This document shows, piece by piece, positions 1-13,146 of a stretch of DNA of 64,000 bases. A model generated the notes under the pieces. The model was not told the origin of the DNA and searched no databases. It saw only the letters and a program-made list of their open reading frames with translations. A program made the translations under genes and the position numbers. How positions within the stretch are numbered: the first letter of the stretch is position 1; each line of letters starts with the position of its first letter. The DNA comes from Eledone cirrhosa (taxonomy: Eukaryota), in the NCBI GenBank assembly GCA_964016885.1, contig CAXHJY010000081.1, positions 1-64,000 on the forward strand. The letters are read 5' to 3'.

Positions 1-43
1 GCAACGAACATGCAGAGCTGGTCTCGTTATAGTTATCGATGCT

Positions 44-116
44 TCCCAAGTGGTCATGTGGTTAGGATTCCCCCCTCTCACCGCGGCGGCCGGGGTTCGA
101 TTCCCCCGCTTGGGAA
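44..116 (+). pseudogene. tRNA-Glu(CTC)-like gene, probably a pseudogene
   Basis: Perfect acceptor stem TCCCAAG/CTTGGGA, A box TGGTCATGTGG, anticodon loop CTCTCAC, T loop GGTTCGATTCC. Two C-C mismatches in the anticodon stem (CCCCC/CGCGG) and an extra C in the T arm. Confidence 0.7.
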
Positions 117-127
117 ATAGCCATTTT

Positions 128-350
128 GGGCGATGGATTGGCAAGTATCGGTAGAGGGTCGGACGCCATGCTTTGACGCATAGAGTTACGGCCCTTGCCA
201 TTCTGAGTTCAAATCCCGCGCCGAGGTTAACTTTGCCTTTCATCCTTCCGGGGTCGATAAAATACAGTACCAGTAATGCACTGGGGTCGATTTAATCGAC
301 TTTACCCTCCCCCAAAATTGTTGGCCTTGTGTCTATATAAGAAACCATTG
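128..350 (+). mobile_element. tRNA-derived SINE (family S1, Meta-domain-like core), near full length
   Basis: A box TGGCAAGTATCGG, B box GAGTTCAAATCC, core GCCTTTCATCCTTCCGGGGTCGATAAAAT, 3' GGCCTTGTG..AGAAAC. More than 25 copies or fragments occur in the window. Confidence 0.85.
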
Positions 351-414
351 TTTTTGTACCAGTAATACACTGGGGTTATTTGCTGGCCTTGTGCCAAAAG
401 TAGAAACAATTATT

Positions 415-995
415 ATTGGCAGTATCGGTAGAGTTACGGCCCTTGTAATCTGAGTTCAAATCCCGCCGAGGTCGACTTTGCCTTTCATCCTTGCGGGGTC
501 GATAAAATAAAGTACCAGTAATGTACTGGTTCATTGCTGGCCTTGTGCCTAAAGTAGAAACAGTTATTGTTATTGATGCTCTTGTTGCTGTCATTGAGTG
601 TTGGATGGTTGACAGTACGTGTAGTCAATAGGACAGAATGCTTTGAGGCATTAAGTTACAATTTTTTCTACATTCTGAGTTCAAATCCTGCCGAGGTCAA
701 CTTTGCCTTTCATCCTTACGGGGTCGATAAAATAAAGTACCAGTAATGTACTGGTTTATTGCTGGCCTTGTGCCTAAAGTAGAAACAGTTATTGTTATTG
801 ATGCTCTTGTTGCTGTCATTGAGTGTTGGATGGTTGACAGTACGTCTAGACAATAGGACAGAATGCTTTGAGGCATTAAGTTACAATTTTTTCTACATTC
901 TGAGTTCAAATCCTGCCGAGGTCAACTTTGCCTTTCATACTTTCCCGGTCGACATAATCAACTTTCCCCTCCTTCAAAATCATTAGCCTTGTCAG
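415..995 (+). repeat. 225-bp tandem duplication of S1 SINE parts
   Basis: TGAGTTCAAATCC recurs at 451, 676 and 901 with near-identical intervening sequence. Confidence 0.8.
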
Positions 996-1066
996 TGTTG
1001 TTTCCTGCGTTTCGGATACCCACATTTTCTCATATATATATATATATATTCCTTTGTTATATTTCG

Positions 1067-1125
1067 AATACCTGATGATATCACCGGATTCATACGGAAC
1101 CCGGTCATTGAAATGATCATAGTAT
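1067..1125 (+). ncRNA. Minimal type-I hammerhead ribozyme
   Basis: atac-CTGATGA-(accgg..ccggt stem II)-GAAA-tgatca-TA-gtat. A related degenerate copy lies at 20038-20095 (-). Confidence 0.75.
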
Positions 1126-1318
1126 AATAAACTTTTCAAGGATTTACACCAGTCCAGCCACCCTGTTATTTTATTTATAATAATTAACTCCGTATTAGCA
1201 CCACCAACTACACAAACGGAGACGGGTGAACTACACTACGTTGAGTACTCTCCATAATATTACATCAAGATTGACCATACGGAATGACCAATTCCATCCA
1301 GTGGTGAACCAACAACCC

Positions 1319-1373
<55 letters not shown>

Positions 1374-1376
<3 letters not shown>

Positions 1377-1515
1377 AACGAGTAGGACCCCGACGGCTGA
1401 TCTCAAGCCGTTTCGACGGCTAATTCTGGACATTCTACCCACTCTACTACCTTAAGTATTGAGTACTTTGGTGCGTTATGGTCCACCTGGTTCCTTACCA
1501 CATTTCCTTCGTTAT
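1374..1515 (+). mobile_element. Family A HHR-half element in (TA)n (inverted head plus 3' tail)
   Basis: Antisense copy of GAAAcggcttgagatcagccgTCgggg, followed by the family tail tacccactctactac..ccttcgtta. Confidence 0.7.
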
Positions 1516-1532
1516 ATATATATATTTATATA

Positions 1533-1606
<74 letters not shown>

Positions 1607-1752
1607 AAATGTATATATATATATATATCAGAAAATGTATATATATATATATCAGAAAATGTGTATATATATATCAGAAAATGTGTATGTATATATAATA
1701 TATATATATATATATATCAGAAAATGTGTGTGTATATATATATATCAGAAAA

Positions 1753-1791
<39 letters not shown>

Positions 1792-1794
1792 AAA

Positions 1795-1828
<34 letters not shown>

Positions 1829-1833
1829 AGAAA

Positions 1834-1885
<52 letters not shown>

Positions 1886-2220
1886 AAATTTATATATATA
1901 TATATATATATATATAAATTGAAACAAAATGAAAACGAAATTTCATTTCTCACTCTTAGTATGGCACTTACTTAAATGTAAGTATGCATGTATACGTACA
2001 TACATATATGTATACAGACGTACAGTAGCATGCACATATATATATATATACATATATACATACATATGCATACAGGTACACATACATATATGCACGCATC
2101 AGTTTAGCGGCGCTTATTATAACGTCGCTTTGTTCGTTTGTAAACAAACTGAACAGCCTGAATTTATGCCATACGGTGTTAAGGCAACCACGTCACCTTT
2201 TTGTTCAACACTGACACAGG

Positions 2221-2265
2221 AACGATGTACTAGTTTCAAGCTTGTTAGCTATCATCAGCACCGTT
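2221..2265 (-). ncRNA. Type-I hammerhead ribozyme, unit 1
   Basis: aacggtg-CTGATGA-tagct aaca agctt-GAAA-ctag-TA-catcgtt, with a 7-bp stem I. Confidence 0.85.
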
Positions 2266-2690
2266 TACCCATCTGCCAGATAGTTGAACGTTCGAAAGTA
2301 TATACTTTCCTTATGAAAATTAACGGCTGAGCAGCCTAATTTGCATATTGAGTGAGTTAAATCGGTCAGGCATACCGAAAACGATAAATTGAAACAAAAT
2401 GAAAACGAAATTTCATTTCTCACTCTTAGTATGGCACTTACTTAAATGTAAGTATGCATGTATACGTACATACATATATGTATACAGACGTACAGTAGCA
2501 TGCACATATATATATATATACATATATACATACATATGCATACAGGTACACATACATATATGCACGCATCAGTTTAGCGGCGCTTATTATAACGTCGCTT
2601 TGTTCGTTTGTAAACAAACTGAACAGCCTGAATTTATGCCATACGGTGTTAAGGCAACCACGTCACCTTTTTGTTCAACACTGACACAGG

Positions 2691-2735
2691 AACGATGTAC
2701 TAGTTTCAAGCTTATTAGCTATCATCAGCACCGTT
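2691..2735 (-). ncRNA. Type-I hammerhead ribozyme, unit 2
   Basis: As unit 1, with loop II AATA. Confidence 0.85.
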
Positions 2736-3160
2736 TACCCATCTGCCAGATAGTTGAACGTTCGAAAGTATATACTTTCCTTATGAAAATTAACGGCTGA
2801 GCAGCCTAATTTGCATATTGAGTGAGTTAAATCGGTCAGGCATACCGAAAACGATAAATTGAAACAAAATGAAAACGAAATTTCATTTCTCACTCTTAGT
2901 ATGGCACTTACTTAAATGTAAGTATGCATGTATACGTACATACATATATGTATACAGACGTACAGTAGCATGCACATATATATATATATACATATATACA
3001 TACATATGCATACAGGTACACATACATATATGCACGCATCAGTTTAGCGGCGCTTATTATAACGTCGCTTTGTTCGTTTGTAAACAAACTGAACAGCCTG
3101 AATTTATGCCATACGGTGTTAAGGCAACCACGTCACCTTTTTGTTCAACACTGACACAGG

Positions 3161-3205
3161 AACGATGTACTAGTTTCAAGCTTATTAGCTATCATCAGCA
3201 CCGTT
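3161..3205 (-). ncRNA. Type-I hammerhead ribozyme, unit 3
   Basis: As unit 2. Confidence 0.85.
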
Positions 3206-3357
3206 TACCCATCTGCCAGATAGTTGAACGTTCGAAAGTATATACTTTCCTTGTGTACCTGTATGCATATGTATATATATATGTATATATATATATATAT
3301 ATGTGCATGCTACTGTACGTCTGTATACATATATGTATGTACGTATACATGCATACT

Positions 3358-3391
<34 letters not shown>

Positions 3392-3500
3392 GCCGGAGTA
3401 TCGCTAAAAAGCTTTCTCCGATAACATATTTATTTATTATATATATATATATATTAAAATATAAGTATTAATAAAATAGATTTTCTTTTGATCAATTACA

Positions 3501-3551
3501 TTTTATTATACATATTTCGGATGTACAACAGTACGTCCTCATCAGACAAAA
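3501..3551 (-). ncRNA. Minimal hammerhead ribozyme
   Basis: ttttgt-CTGATGA-ggacgtac tgtt gtacatcc-GAAA-tatgta-TA-ataaaa. Confidence 0.75.
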
Positions 3552-3712
3552 TATAATGATACATGACATACCCTGAGATGTTAAATGGTTAAGATTTAAT
3601 CATTGAATATTGTTTAACAATTTAAAATATATATATATATATATTACTTCTATTATTATTTCTGGCAATATTATAACAATATGACCCTCCACCCCCACCC
3701 GCCAAATATAAC

Positions 3713-3892
3713 GGCGGTGGATTGGCAGTATCGGTAGAGGGTCGGACGCCATGCTTTCCAGCATAGTTACGTCCCTTTACGATCTGAGTTCAAATCCCGC
3801 CGAGGTTGACTTTGCCTTTCATCCTTACGGGGTCGATAAAATAAAGTACCAGTAATGAACTGGGTAATTGCTGGCCTTGTGCCTAAAGTAGA

Positions 3893-3897
<5 letters not shown>
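3713..3897 (+). mobile_element. S1 SINE
   Basis: A and B boxes, core and 3' end as at 128-350. Confidence 0.85.
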
Positions 3898-3937
<40 letters not shown>

Positions 3938-4059
3938 ATAATAATAAAATTGAAGACTAAAATCCATAGAGGGCTCGATAAGGAAAGTATATATCAAATA
4001 TATAAGAACCGTAGAGCAAATATTTATTTATTATTTTAATAAATATATATATATATATA

Positions 4060-4357
4060 TAAGATCAAAAGATGGTTAAAAGAGTTCCATGTATTTTATT
4101 ATGCGCATTTCAAAAACAAATATCATCATGCAATAACATTTGTGTTTTCATCAGATAAAATTTGTGTTTTCTGATGAAAACACAAATGTTATTGTATGAT
4201 GATATTTGTTTTTGAAATGCGCATAATAAAATACATGGAACTCTTTTAACCATCTTTTGATCTTATATATTATATATACTCCAGTCCTACAAACTGTAGA
4301 GTGCTTCTTATCCGATATCTGCATTGCTTTATTGTACTACAATAAAACTCACCTCCT

Positions 4358-4360
<3 letters not shown>
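4060..4360 (+). mobile_element. Family D fold-back HHR element (HHRs at 4094-4160 minus and 4171-4230 plus)
   Basis: About 95-bp inverted arms. ttttat-CTGATGA-long stem II-GAAA-tgcgca-TA-ataaaa. Unique 3' tail and (TA)n flanks. Confidence 0.8.
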
Positions 4361-4414
<54 letters not shown>

Positions 4415-4418
<4 letters not shown>

Positions 4419-4611
4419 TTTATAGAAGGAGCTTCTACAGGACTAGTACTGTTTCATTCAGATGAAATCTTCAGGAAGCACTGAAGATTTCATCTGAATG
4501 AAACAGTACTAGTCCTGTAGAAGCTCCTTCTATAAAATAAAAAAATTTTACTCTGCCATGTATTGAGTACCTTACTTACTGTGGTTATCCCCGACTCAAC
4601 CCGGGACCTAC

Positions 4612-4612
<1 letters not shown>
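4415..4612 (+). mobile_element. Family E fold-back HHR element (HHRs at 4431-4479 minus and 4481-4524 plus)
   Basis: gcttc-CTGAAGA-tttcatctgaat-GAAA-cag tactagtc ctg-TA-gaagc, with about 60-bp perfect inverted arms. Confidence 0.8.
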
Positions 4613-4691
<79 letters not shown>

Positions 4692-4694
<3 letters not shown>

Positions 4695-5064
4695 ATTAAA
4701 TAAATGGAAACTATATTTATAAAACCATATTTATTTCATTATATATATTTCGGGGATATCATATTAACAATATGCTATGCCTTCCTCAGACAAAATACAA
4801 TATAAACAGTTTTATAGATAAATATATTCGACATACCGTGACAACACCGACTTGCATTTGAAGAGGTTGAACTGTTGTCTGAGGAAGGCATAGCATATTG
4901 TTAATATGATATCCCCGAAATATATATAATGAAATAAATATGGTTTTATAAATATAGTTTCCATTTATTTAATATCGTAAATATACTCCAAATACTTGTC
5001 GAGTGCTTTTATATCAGTTATAAATATTTACTGGTTGTAACCCAACAATTTTAAATATAACTTT

Positions 5065-5068
<4 letters not shown>
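4692..5068 (+). mobile_element. Family C fold-back HHR element (HHRs at 4733-4796 minus and 4875-4933 plus)
   Basis: attttgt-CTGAGGA-stem II-GAAA-tatata-TA-atgaaat, with about 100-bp inverted arms. Confidence 0.75.
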
Positions 5069-5146
<78 letters not shown>

Positions 5147-5624
5147 CAACCACATCGTGAGGGAGCGATTGTAGCGTTTGAAATTCAAATACACCTTGCA
5201 ATAACACACAGGTAGAGAGAGGGAGAGGGAGAGAGAGGGGGGGGGGGGCGTGAGAGAGGGGGAGGGGGAGTGTGTGATAGAGAGAGAGAGAGAGACAAAG
5301 GGTGGGGGTGAGAGAGGGGGAGTGTGAGAGAGAGTGAGAGATTTATGTGAGTGTATGTGCGTGTTCCTATAGATTTAGTACAAGCAATAGTAGTCCTGTT
5401 TCAGGTGTTGTGACTGTTATTGCTGCTGCTACTGCTACTGCTACTGCTACTGCTGCTGCTGCTGCTGCTGCTTGGATATGATAACAGTATAAACCAGAGA
5501 TCGACTACTCTCTCTCCCTCTCTCTCTCCCTCTCTCTCTCTCTCAACAACACAACTCAGGTAAGCGAAGAGGTGAGATAACGCCGAGGTGTGGCTGGGGA
5601 CAGACACACATATGTATGTATATG

Positions 5625-5657
<33 letters not shown>

Positions 5658-5712
5658 GTATATATATATGTATATATGTATTTGAAAAGGGAAGTAAGGT
5701 TCTGCTATTTCC

Positions 5713-5802
<90 letters not shown>

Positions 5803-5828
5803 AGATCAAAAGATGGTTAAAAGAGTTG

Positions 5829-6648
<820 letters not shown>

Positions 6649-6834
6649 TTGACTTGCCGCGGCAGTGGTGGTAGTTATAGTAGTAGTAGTAACAGCAGCA
6701 GCAGTAGTAGTAGTAGTAGTATTAGCAGCAGCAGCTGTAGTAGTAGTTTAAACCCAGCTCAGTCTAGGCCTGATTAAGCGACAAGAAGCATGAAACGAAA
6801 GCCTTCCATGCGTGACCATCTCATCCATATTTCA

Positions 6835-8460
6835 TTGCTTCTGAGTTGAAATCCCGCCGAGGTTAACTTTGCCTTTCATCCTTACGGGGTCGATAAAATA
6901 AAGTACCAGTAATATACTAGAGTAATTGCTGGCCTTGTGCCTAAAGTAGAAACAATTATATATATACATACATGTTCCTTTAACACCTTGTCCCTTCTAC
7001 CATTTTATCAATTTTTTAAGCTAACTCCAACAATAACAACACTTAGAATGAGGAATGTTCTAATAAAATAAAGTACCAGTAATGCACTGGGTAATTGCTG
7101 GCCTTGTGCCAAAAGTAGAAACAATTATTATATGTCATTGGGCGGTGGGTTGGCAGTAACGGTAGATGGTAGGACGCCATGCTTTGACACATAGAGTTAC
7201 GGCCCTTTATGATCTGAGGTCAAATCCCGTCGAGGTTGACTTTGCCTTTCATCCTTACGGGGTCGATAAAATAAAGTACCAGTCACACACTGGGGTCGAT
7301 TTGATCGACTTTCCCCTCCCCCAAAATTGCTGGCCTTGTGTCTATATAAGTGACTATTATTATATGTCATTTTAATAAAGTACCAGTAATACACTGGGAT
7401 AATTGCTGGCCTTGTGCCAAAAGTAGAAACAATTATGTCATTTTAATAAAGTACCAGTAATACACTGGGATAATTGCTGGCCTTGCGCCAAAAGTAGAAA
7501 CAATTATATGTCATTTTAATAAAGTACCAGTAATACACTGGGATAATTGCTGGCCTTGCGCCAAAAGTAGAAACAATTATATGTCATTTTAATAAAGTAC
7601 CAGTAATACACTGGGATAATTGCTGGCCTTGTGCCAAAAGTAGAAACAATTATATGTCATTTTAGTTTTTAAGGCAAAATCTATCTCGGGTCTTATTTAC
7701 TCAACTAACGGCAATCAATTGTCAGAGTCTTTAAAACGTCAGATAGGGTGCTTTGTGGTGTTTGTTCTGTTTCTCTGCTATACCAGTCATGTACTGGGGT
7801 TGATATAATCGACCTTTCCTTTCTACTAAATAGCTGGCTTTGTGTTTATTTTAGAAAGGATATTGGCAATAACCGGTAGAGTGTCAAACAAAATGCCTTG
7901 TATTTACATTATTTAAGACGTTCTAAGATCTGAATTCAAATCCTGTCGAGGTTAACTTTGCCTTTCATCCTTACGGGGTCGATAACATAAAGTACCAGTA
8001 ATGTACTGGCGTTGATTTAATCGACTTTCCCCTCCCCCAAAATTGATGGCTTTGTGCCTATAGTTACGTCCTTTTACGGATTCAGTTCAAATCCTGCCGA
8101 GGTCAACTTTGACTTTCATCTTTTCGGGGTTGATAAAAAAAAGTACCAGCCTAGTACTGGGATCAATTCTTCCTCTCTATCTTTCTCACCCCCCCTCTCT
8201 CTCTCACTTTCTCACCCCCCCCCCCCCTCTCTCCTCCTCCTCTGGAAGAAACCTGCTGTACTCAGGGCTGGAGATCGATGAGCTCCGCCAGGCTTAAAAA
8301 TGCCGCGGTCAACTTTGTCTTTGATCCTTTCGAGGTTGATAAAAAAAAGTACCAGTCTAGTATGGCGCTGCTTCTTCCTCTATATTTATGTCTTACTTCC
8401 TCTTTGTCGGTTTCTATCCTTCTCTGGGAGAAATCTGTTGTACTCAAACCTGGAGAAGTT
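6835..8460 (+). mobile_element. Cluster of S1 SINE copies and fragments
   Basis: Repeated B box plus core at about 6840, 7215, 7930, 8085 and 8295. A full copy lies at 7139-7340. Confidence 0.8.
7361..7662 (+). repeat. 71-73-bp tandem array of the S1 SINE 3' end (4 copies)
   Basis: tttaataaagtaccag at 7371, 7442, 7515 and 7588. Confidence 0.9.
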
Positions 8461-8511
8461 TCAACACACGTTTTCAGATAAGAAATCTTGCAAAACAAAT
8501 TAAAAAACGAA

Positions 8512-8558
<47 letters not shown>

Positions 8559-9033
8559 AATAAATTATCGAGAATCGGAACTTCGGCCCACGAAATAACG
8601 AAACACAATCTTCGAAATGTGCGGCAAAGTGCTCAATGGTTCTGATAAACCAGAGCTATAACTAACGTTTAATACCAACACACTGAGACGATGCTTAAAC
8701 AATCATTTGCACAGCCAAAAATACGACCAAGAAAATTCGGGTCGTATTGTTTCTACTTTTGGCACAAGGCCAGCAATTATCCCAGTGTATTACTGGTAAC
8801 TTATTAAAATGACAAATAAAAATATATATGTATATATATATAACGTTAAGACCATCTTTGAAATATCTATGATCGTCGGCAAATCACTGATGAGGGACTT
8901 ATTTTATTACATGTTATCCATGTGCAACCTGCAGTATTCTTCTCCCCATTTTTTCACACACATATATATATATATACAGCCGACCATGTTATTTTACATT
9001 CTTTTACTATATATATATATATATATATATATA

Positions 9034-9546
9034 TGGGAACAAGTTATCGTTTCAGGTAATCCAGTAAGAGGTTGTGAGTACTCTGTATTGTGGATAGTTC
9101 TAACATACGGCGTTGTTTGACTCAACAAGAGGTTTCCTTAGTTAGGTGGCGAGTTTGCGAGAATTCCCATGTAGGTCATTCTTGGAGTAATAGTAGGGGA
9201 GTAATTGATTGTGATGGTCGGCTGTACAAAAAGGGGTTTTATTTACAGTATTAACACTTGTTTCATTGATCAGGTGAGTCTAAAGGCCGCTAATCACTCG
9301 AAGTTGCGTCACTTGACCTTAAATACAGTGTTTGTCTGATCAAATCATCGGAATACTGGAGGATTTAACAAAAGCCGCTGATCGCTAGAAATTACGTCAC
9401 TCGATCTTAATTACAGTGATTGCCTGATCAAATCATCGGAATACTGGAACTTCTTGTTGAGTGAAACAAGGCCGTACGTTAAAACTATCCTCAACACAGA
9501 GTACTCACAACCTTTAGCTGTATTACTTTAAACGATACCTTATTAT

Positions 9547-9550
<4 letters not shown>
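9034..9550. mobile_element. Diverged inverted-repeat element with an internal 88-bp duplication
   Basis: 9035-9135 is an imperfect reverse complement of 9447-9550, and 9286-9360 resembles 9374-9448. (TA)n flanks. Confidence 0.55.
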
Positions 9551-9639
<89 letters not shown>

Positions 9640-9807
9640 GCACTTTCAGATATATATAGTGATATTTGAGATAATAAACAGCAATTTTATTTCAGACGAA
9701 ATTATAAACGAGGAAATTATATGAAATATTTTTGCTTAATGAAACGAAGTTGACATATTATAAATAGGTGGTTATTAGTGTAGGGAGGAGAAATTAACGT
9801 AACAAAG

Positions 9808-9952
9808 ACACAGGCATGGCTGTGTGGTTAAGGGGTTGGCTTCACAAATCCCACCATGTATGTGCCGTGGGACCTTGGGCAAGTCCCTTCTACCAACTAT
9901 ATCCTAGGGTTGATCAATGAATTGTGACGGAAATTTTAGTAGCTGGAAACTG
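9808..9952 (+). mobile_element. Degenerate CORE-type tRNA SINE
   Basis: Head TGGCTGTGTGGTTAAG and CORE-like GACCTTGGGCAAGT. Confidence 0.5.
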
Positions 9953-10301
9953 TCATATATATATATATATATATAATGTATATATATATATATATAATGT
10001 ATATATATAATGTATATATATATATATATATATATATAATGTATGTATATATATATATATATATAATGTATTTATATATATATATATATAGATGTAATGT
10101 ATATATATATATAATGTATTTATATATATATATATATATGTAATGTATATATATATATATGTAATGTATTTATATATATATGTAATGTATTTATATATAT
10201 ATGTAATGTATTTATATATATAATGTATTTATATATATATATATAATGTATTTATATATATATATATAATTTATATATATATATATATAATATATAATGT
10301 G

Positions 10302-10370
<69 letters not shown>

Positions 10371-10392
10371 CAGACACACATATATATATACA

Positions 10393-10462
<70 letters not shown>

Positions 10463-10678
10463 ATATGTATATATATCAATTACGCAATATTCTGCCCCCT
10501 ACACTAATTACCACATATTTACCCTACAGACGAAAATTATCGGAATATGTCAGCCTCGTTTCACTAAACAAGAACATTAAATAGAATGGTTCTGACTCAT
10601 TTTTTTTTGGGGGGGGGGGGTAACAAATTGGTATATATATATATAAATGTATATGTATATATATATATATATATATAA

Positions 10679-10722
<44 letters not shown>

Positions 10723-10750
10723 ATAGAGGTGTAACACACAAGTTATTATA

Positions 10751-11259
10751 TATTGGTAAACGGAATAGAAAATGCTGACAAATTGTTCACAGTTGAAAAA
10801 TGGTTTAATTAGGAATAAAAGTGTATTAGTGATTGTATGGGTTAGTATTCAGTTGTGGTTTTAAGTTTTTAAGTTTTTACCGGTTGCGCATTTCTAAATG
10901 CTTTTCAAAAATAATTTTGAGATAGAGTGTCCGTGTTGTTTGCTCTGATCTGATTAGTTTTGGGAATTCTACCTGTTTTTATGTTAAAAAAGTGGCTCCA
11001 GCGTTACTTTGGTGTTGCAAAAATTCTTGTGGTCAAAACAATTTTGATTGGTCGGTAGAGGTCATGTGAATGTAAAAAATTGATTTTGCGCCAAGACTGT
11101 TTTTATGTTAAAAAAGTGGCTCCAGCGTTATTTGGTGTTTGCAAAAATTCTTGTGGTCGAAACAATTTTGATTGGTCGGTAGAGGTCATGTGAATAAAAA
11201 ATTGGTTTTGCACCAAGATTGAGAAATGACTCTTTCACAACAAATATGTGTGTGTGTGT

Positions 11260-11291
<32 letters not shown>

Positions 11292-11535
11292 AGTAGTAGT
11301 AGTAGTAGTAGTAAGAGAATTCCCAAAACTAATCAGATCAGAGCAAACAACACGGACACTCTATCTCAAAATTATTTTTGAAAAGCATTTAGAAATGCGC
11401 AACCGGTAAAAACTTAAAAACTTAAAACCACAACTGAATACTAACCCATACGATCACTAATACTCTTTTATTCCTAATTAAACCATTTTTCAACTGTGAA
11501 CAATTTGTCAGCATTTTCTATTCCGTTTACCAATA
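10751..11535. mobile_element. Family F element with about 220-bp near-perfect inverted arms, each carrying a variant HHR (10875-10911 minus, 11375-11411 plus)
   Basis: ttt-TTGAAAA-gcatt taga aatgc-GCAA-ccgg-TA-aaa. The spacer holds an approximately 120-bp tandem duplication and (GT)n/(AGT)n. Confidence 0.7.
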
Positions 11536-11948
11536 TATATATACATATATATATATATAAATGTATATATATATATATATATGTTTATATAAATGTATAT
11601 ATTTTAAATGTGTGTGTATGTATATATATATATAAATGTATATATATAAATGTATATATATATCACCCGTAAAATATGCTCCAAGATTCCAATGAATGGA
11701 TCCGAGCATTTTATATCAACTAGATATTGATTGACATATAAATATATATATATAAAAATAAACATATGAAACAATATATATATATATATATATATAAATG
11801 TATATATATATATATAAATGTATAAATATATATATATATGTATATATAAATCAGGAAAGAAGGTTTACATGGTTTGCTATACAAAAAAGTTTTTAATCAC
11901 ATAGCTTACATTTGTTTCACTGAACTGGTATGTCTAGAGATCTTTGTA

Positions 11949-11980
<32 letters not shown>

Positions 11981-12177
11981 GGAACCAGTAAGACCCCGAC
12001 AGCTGAGCTCAAGCCGTTTCGACGGCTAATTCTAAGTCGAAACGGCTAATTCTAAGTCGAAACGGCTTGAGCTCAGCTGTCGGGGTCTTACTGGTTCCTA
12101 TTACCCACTCTACTACCTCAAGTATTGAGTACTTTGGTGCGTTATGGTCCACCTGGTTCCTTACCACATTTCCTTCG

Positions 12178-12180
<3 letters not shown>
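11981..12180 (+). mobile_element. Family A fold-back element
   Basis: Inverted GAAAcggcttgagctcagctgTC arms, a 25-bp junction duplication and the family tail. Confidence 0.75.
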
Positions 12181-12221
<41 letters not shown>

Positions 12222-12246
12222 GTATATGTATATATATATGTATATG

Positions 12247-12293
<47 letters not shown>

Positions 12294-12302
12294 GTATATA
12301 TG

Positions 12303-12338
<36 letters not shown>

Positions 12339-12447
12339 TATAAATGTATATATATATAAATGTGTATATATATTTATATATATATTTATATATATAAATG
12401 TGTGTATATATATATATTTATATATATATTTATATATATATATATAA

Positions 12448-12482
<35 letters not shown>

Positions 12483-12483
12483 A

Positions 12484-12720
12484 TCTGGTCTCAGGAACCA
12501 CAGTCGCAGCCATGTTCAAAGAGAACCAGTGAACTATGATCTCCACGGTATTGTGAAGGTTCACAGGCAACCTGATGCAAAATATGGGGCCAGGAAGACC
12601 CATATTTGTCGCCAATGTGAGGAATGCCCGACTCTAGCAGGCTTGAAAAACCATATCCGAGCGTCACACATCCGAATCTGACAAATGATTGCAATACTCT
12701 TAGCAGAGTTTTCAGCCATC
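12484..12720 (+). mobile_element. 3' end of a non-LTR retrotransposon with C2H2-type fingers (RTE-like)
   Basis: Frame 12484-12681 reads [10 protein letters not shown]...ICRQCEECPTLAGLKNHIRASHIRI*, then a short UTR and a (TGTA)n tail. Confidence 0.6.
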
Positions 12721-12721
12721 T

Positions 12722-12936
12722 TGTATGTATGTATGTATGTATGTATGTATGTATGTATGTATGTATGTATGTATGTATGTATGTATGTATGTATGTATGT
12801 ATGTATGTATGTATGTATGTATGTATGTATGTATGTATGTATGTATGTATGTATGTATGTATGTATGTATGTATGTATGTATGTATGTATGTATGTATGT
12901 ATGTATGTATGTATGTATGTATGTATGTATGTATGT
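12722..12936. repeat. (TGTA)n microsatellite, probably the LINE tail
   Basis: Direct inspection. Confidence 0.95.
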
Positions 12937-13146
12937 GTTTGTGTGTCATATTTAACCCTTTAGCATTTACATTACTCTATATTTACTATTAGATATGCAT
13001 TATATACATCATGTAGTGTATCTACCTACTCCCGTTATCATTCAATATGTAGTAAATTATTTTTTAGAAATAACCAAGAATTTGGAAGAATTAAAAATAA
13101 AAGGTACTAACTTTTTCATTAGTAAACCTGATATTTGGAACCTTGT

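Larger units (their letters stand above)
1916..3362 (-). mobile_element. Retrozyme-like 470-bp tandem repeat (about 2.85 units) with a 5' inverted segment
   Basis: Near-identical units at a 470-bp period, each with an HHR on the minus strand. 3253-3362 is the reverse complement of about 1977-2080. Flanked by (TA)n. Confidence 0.8.

Noticed and set aside
1929-3471. Repeated 133-aa ORF in the 470-bp units
   Set aside because: It is antisense to the ribozyme, partly microsatellite, and not preserved as such in the 40450 homologue.
5405-5559. Plus-strand segment bounded by tttcag| and |gtaagc
   Set aside because: Repeat-rich with no recognisable product. It could be a UTR exon, but there is no supporting evidence.
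8887-8940. CTGATGAgggac
   Set aside because: No closing stem II or GAAA.
10751-11535. Interpretation as a DNA-transposon MITE because of the long terminal inverted repeats
   Set aside because: The arms contain HHR-like cores and match the fold-back retroelement pattern. The TA context cannot serve as TSD evidence.
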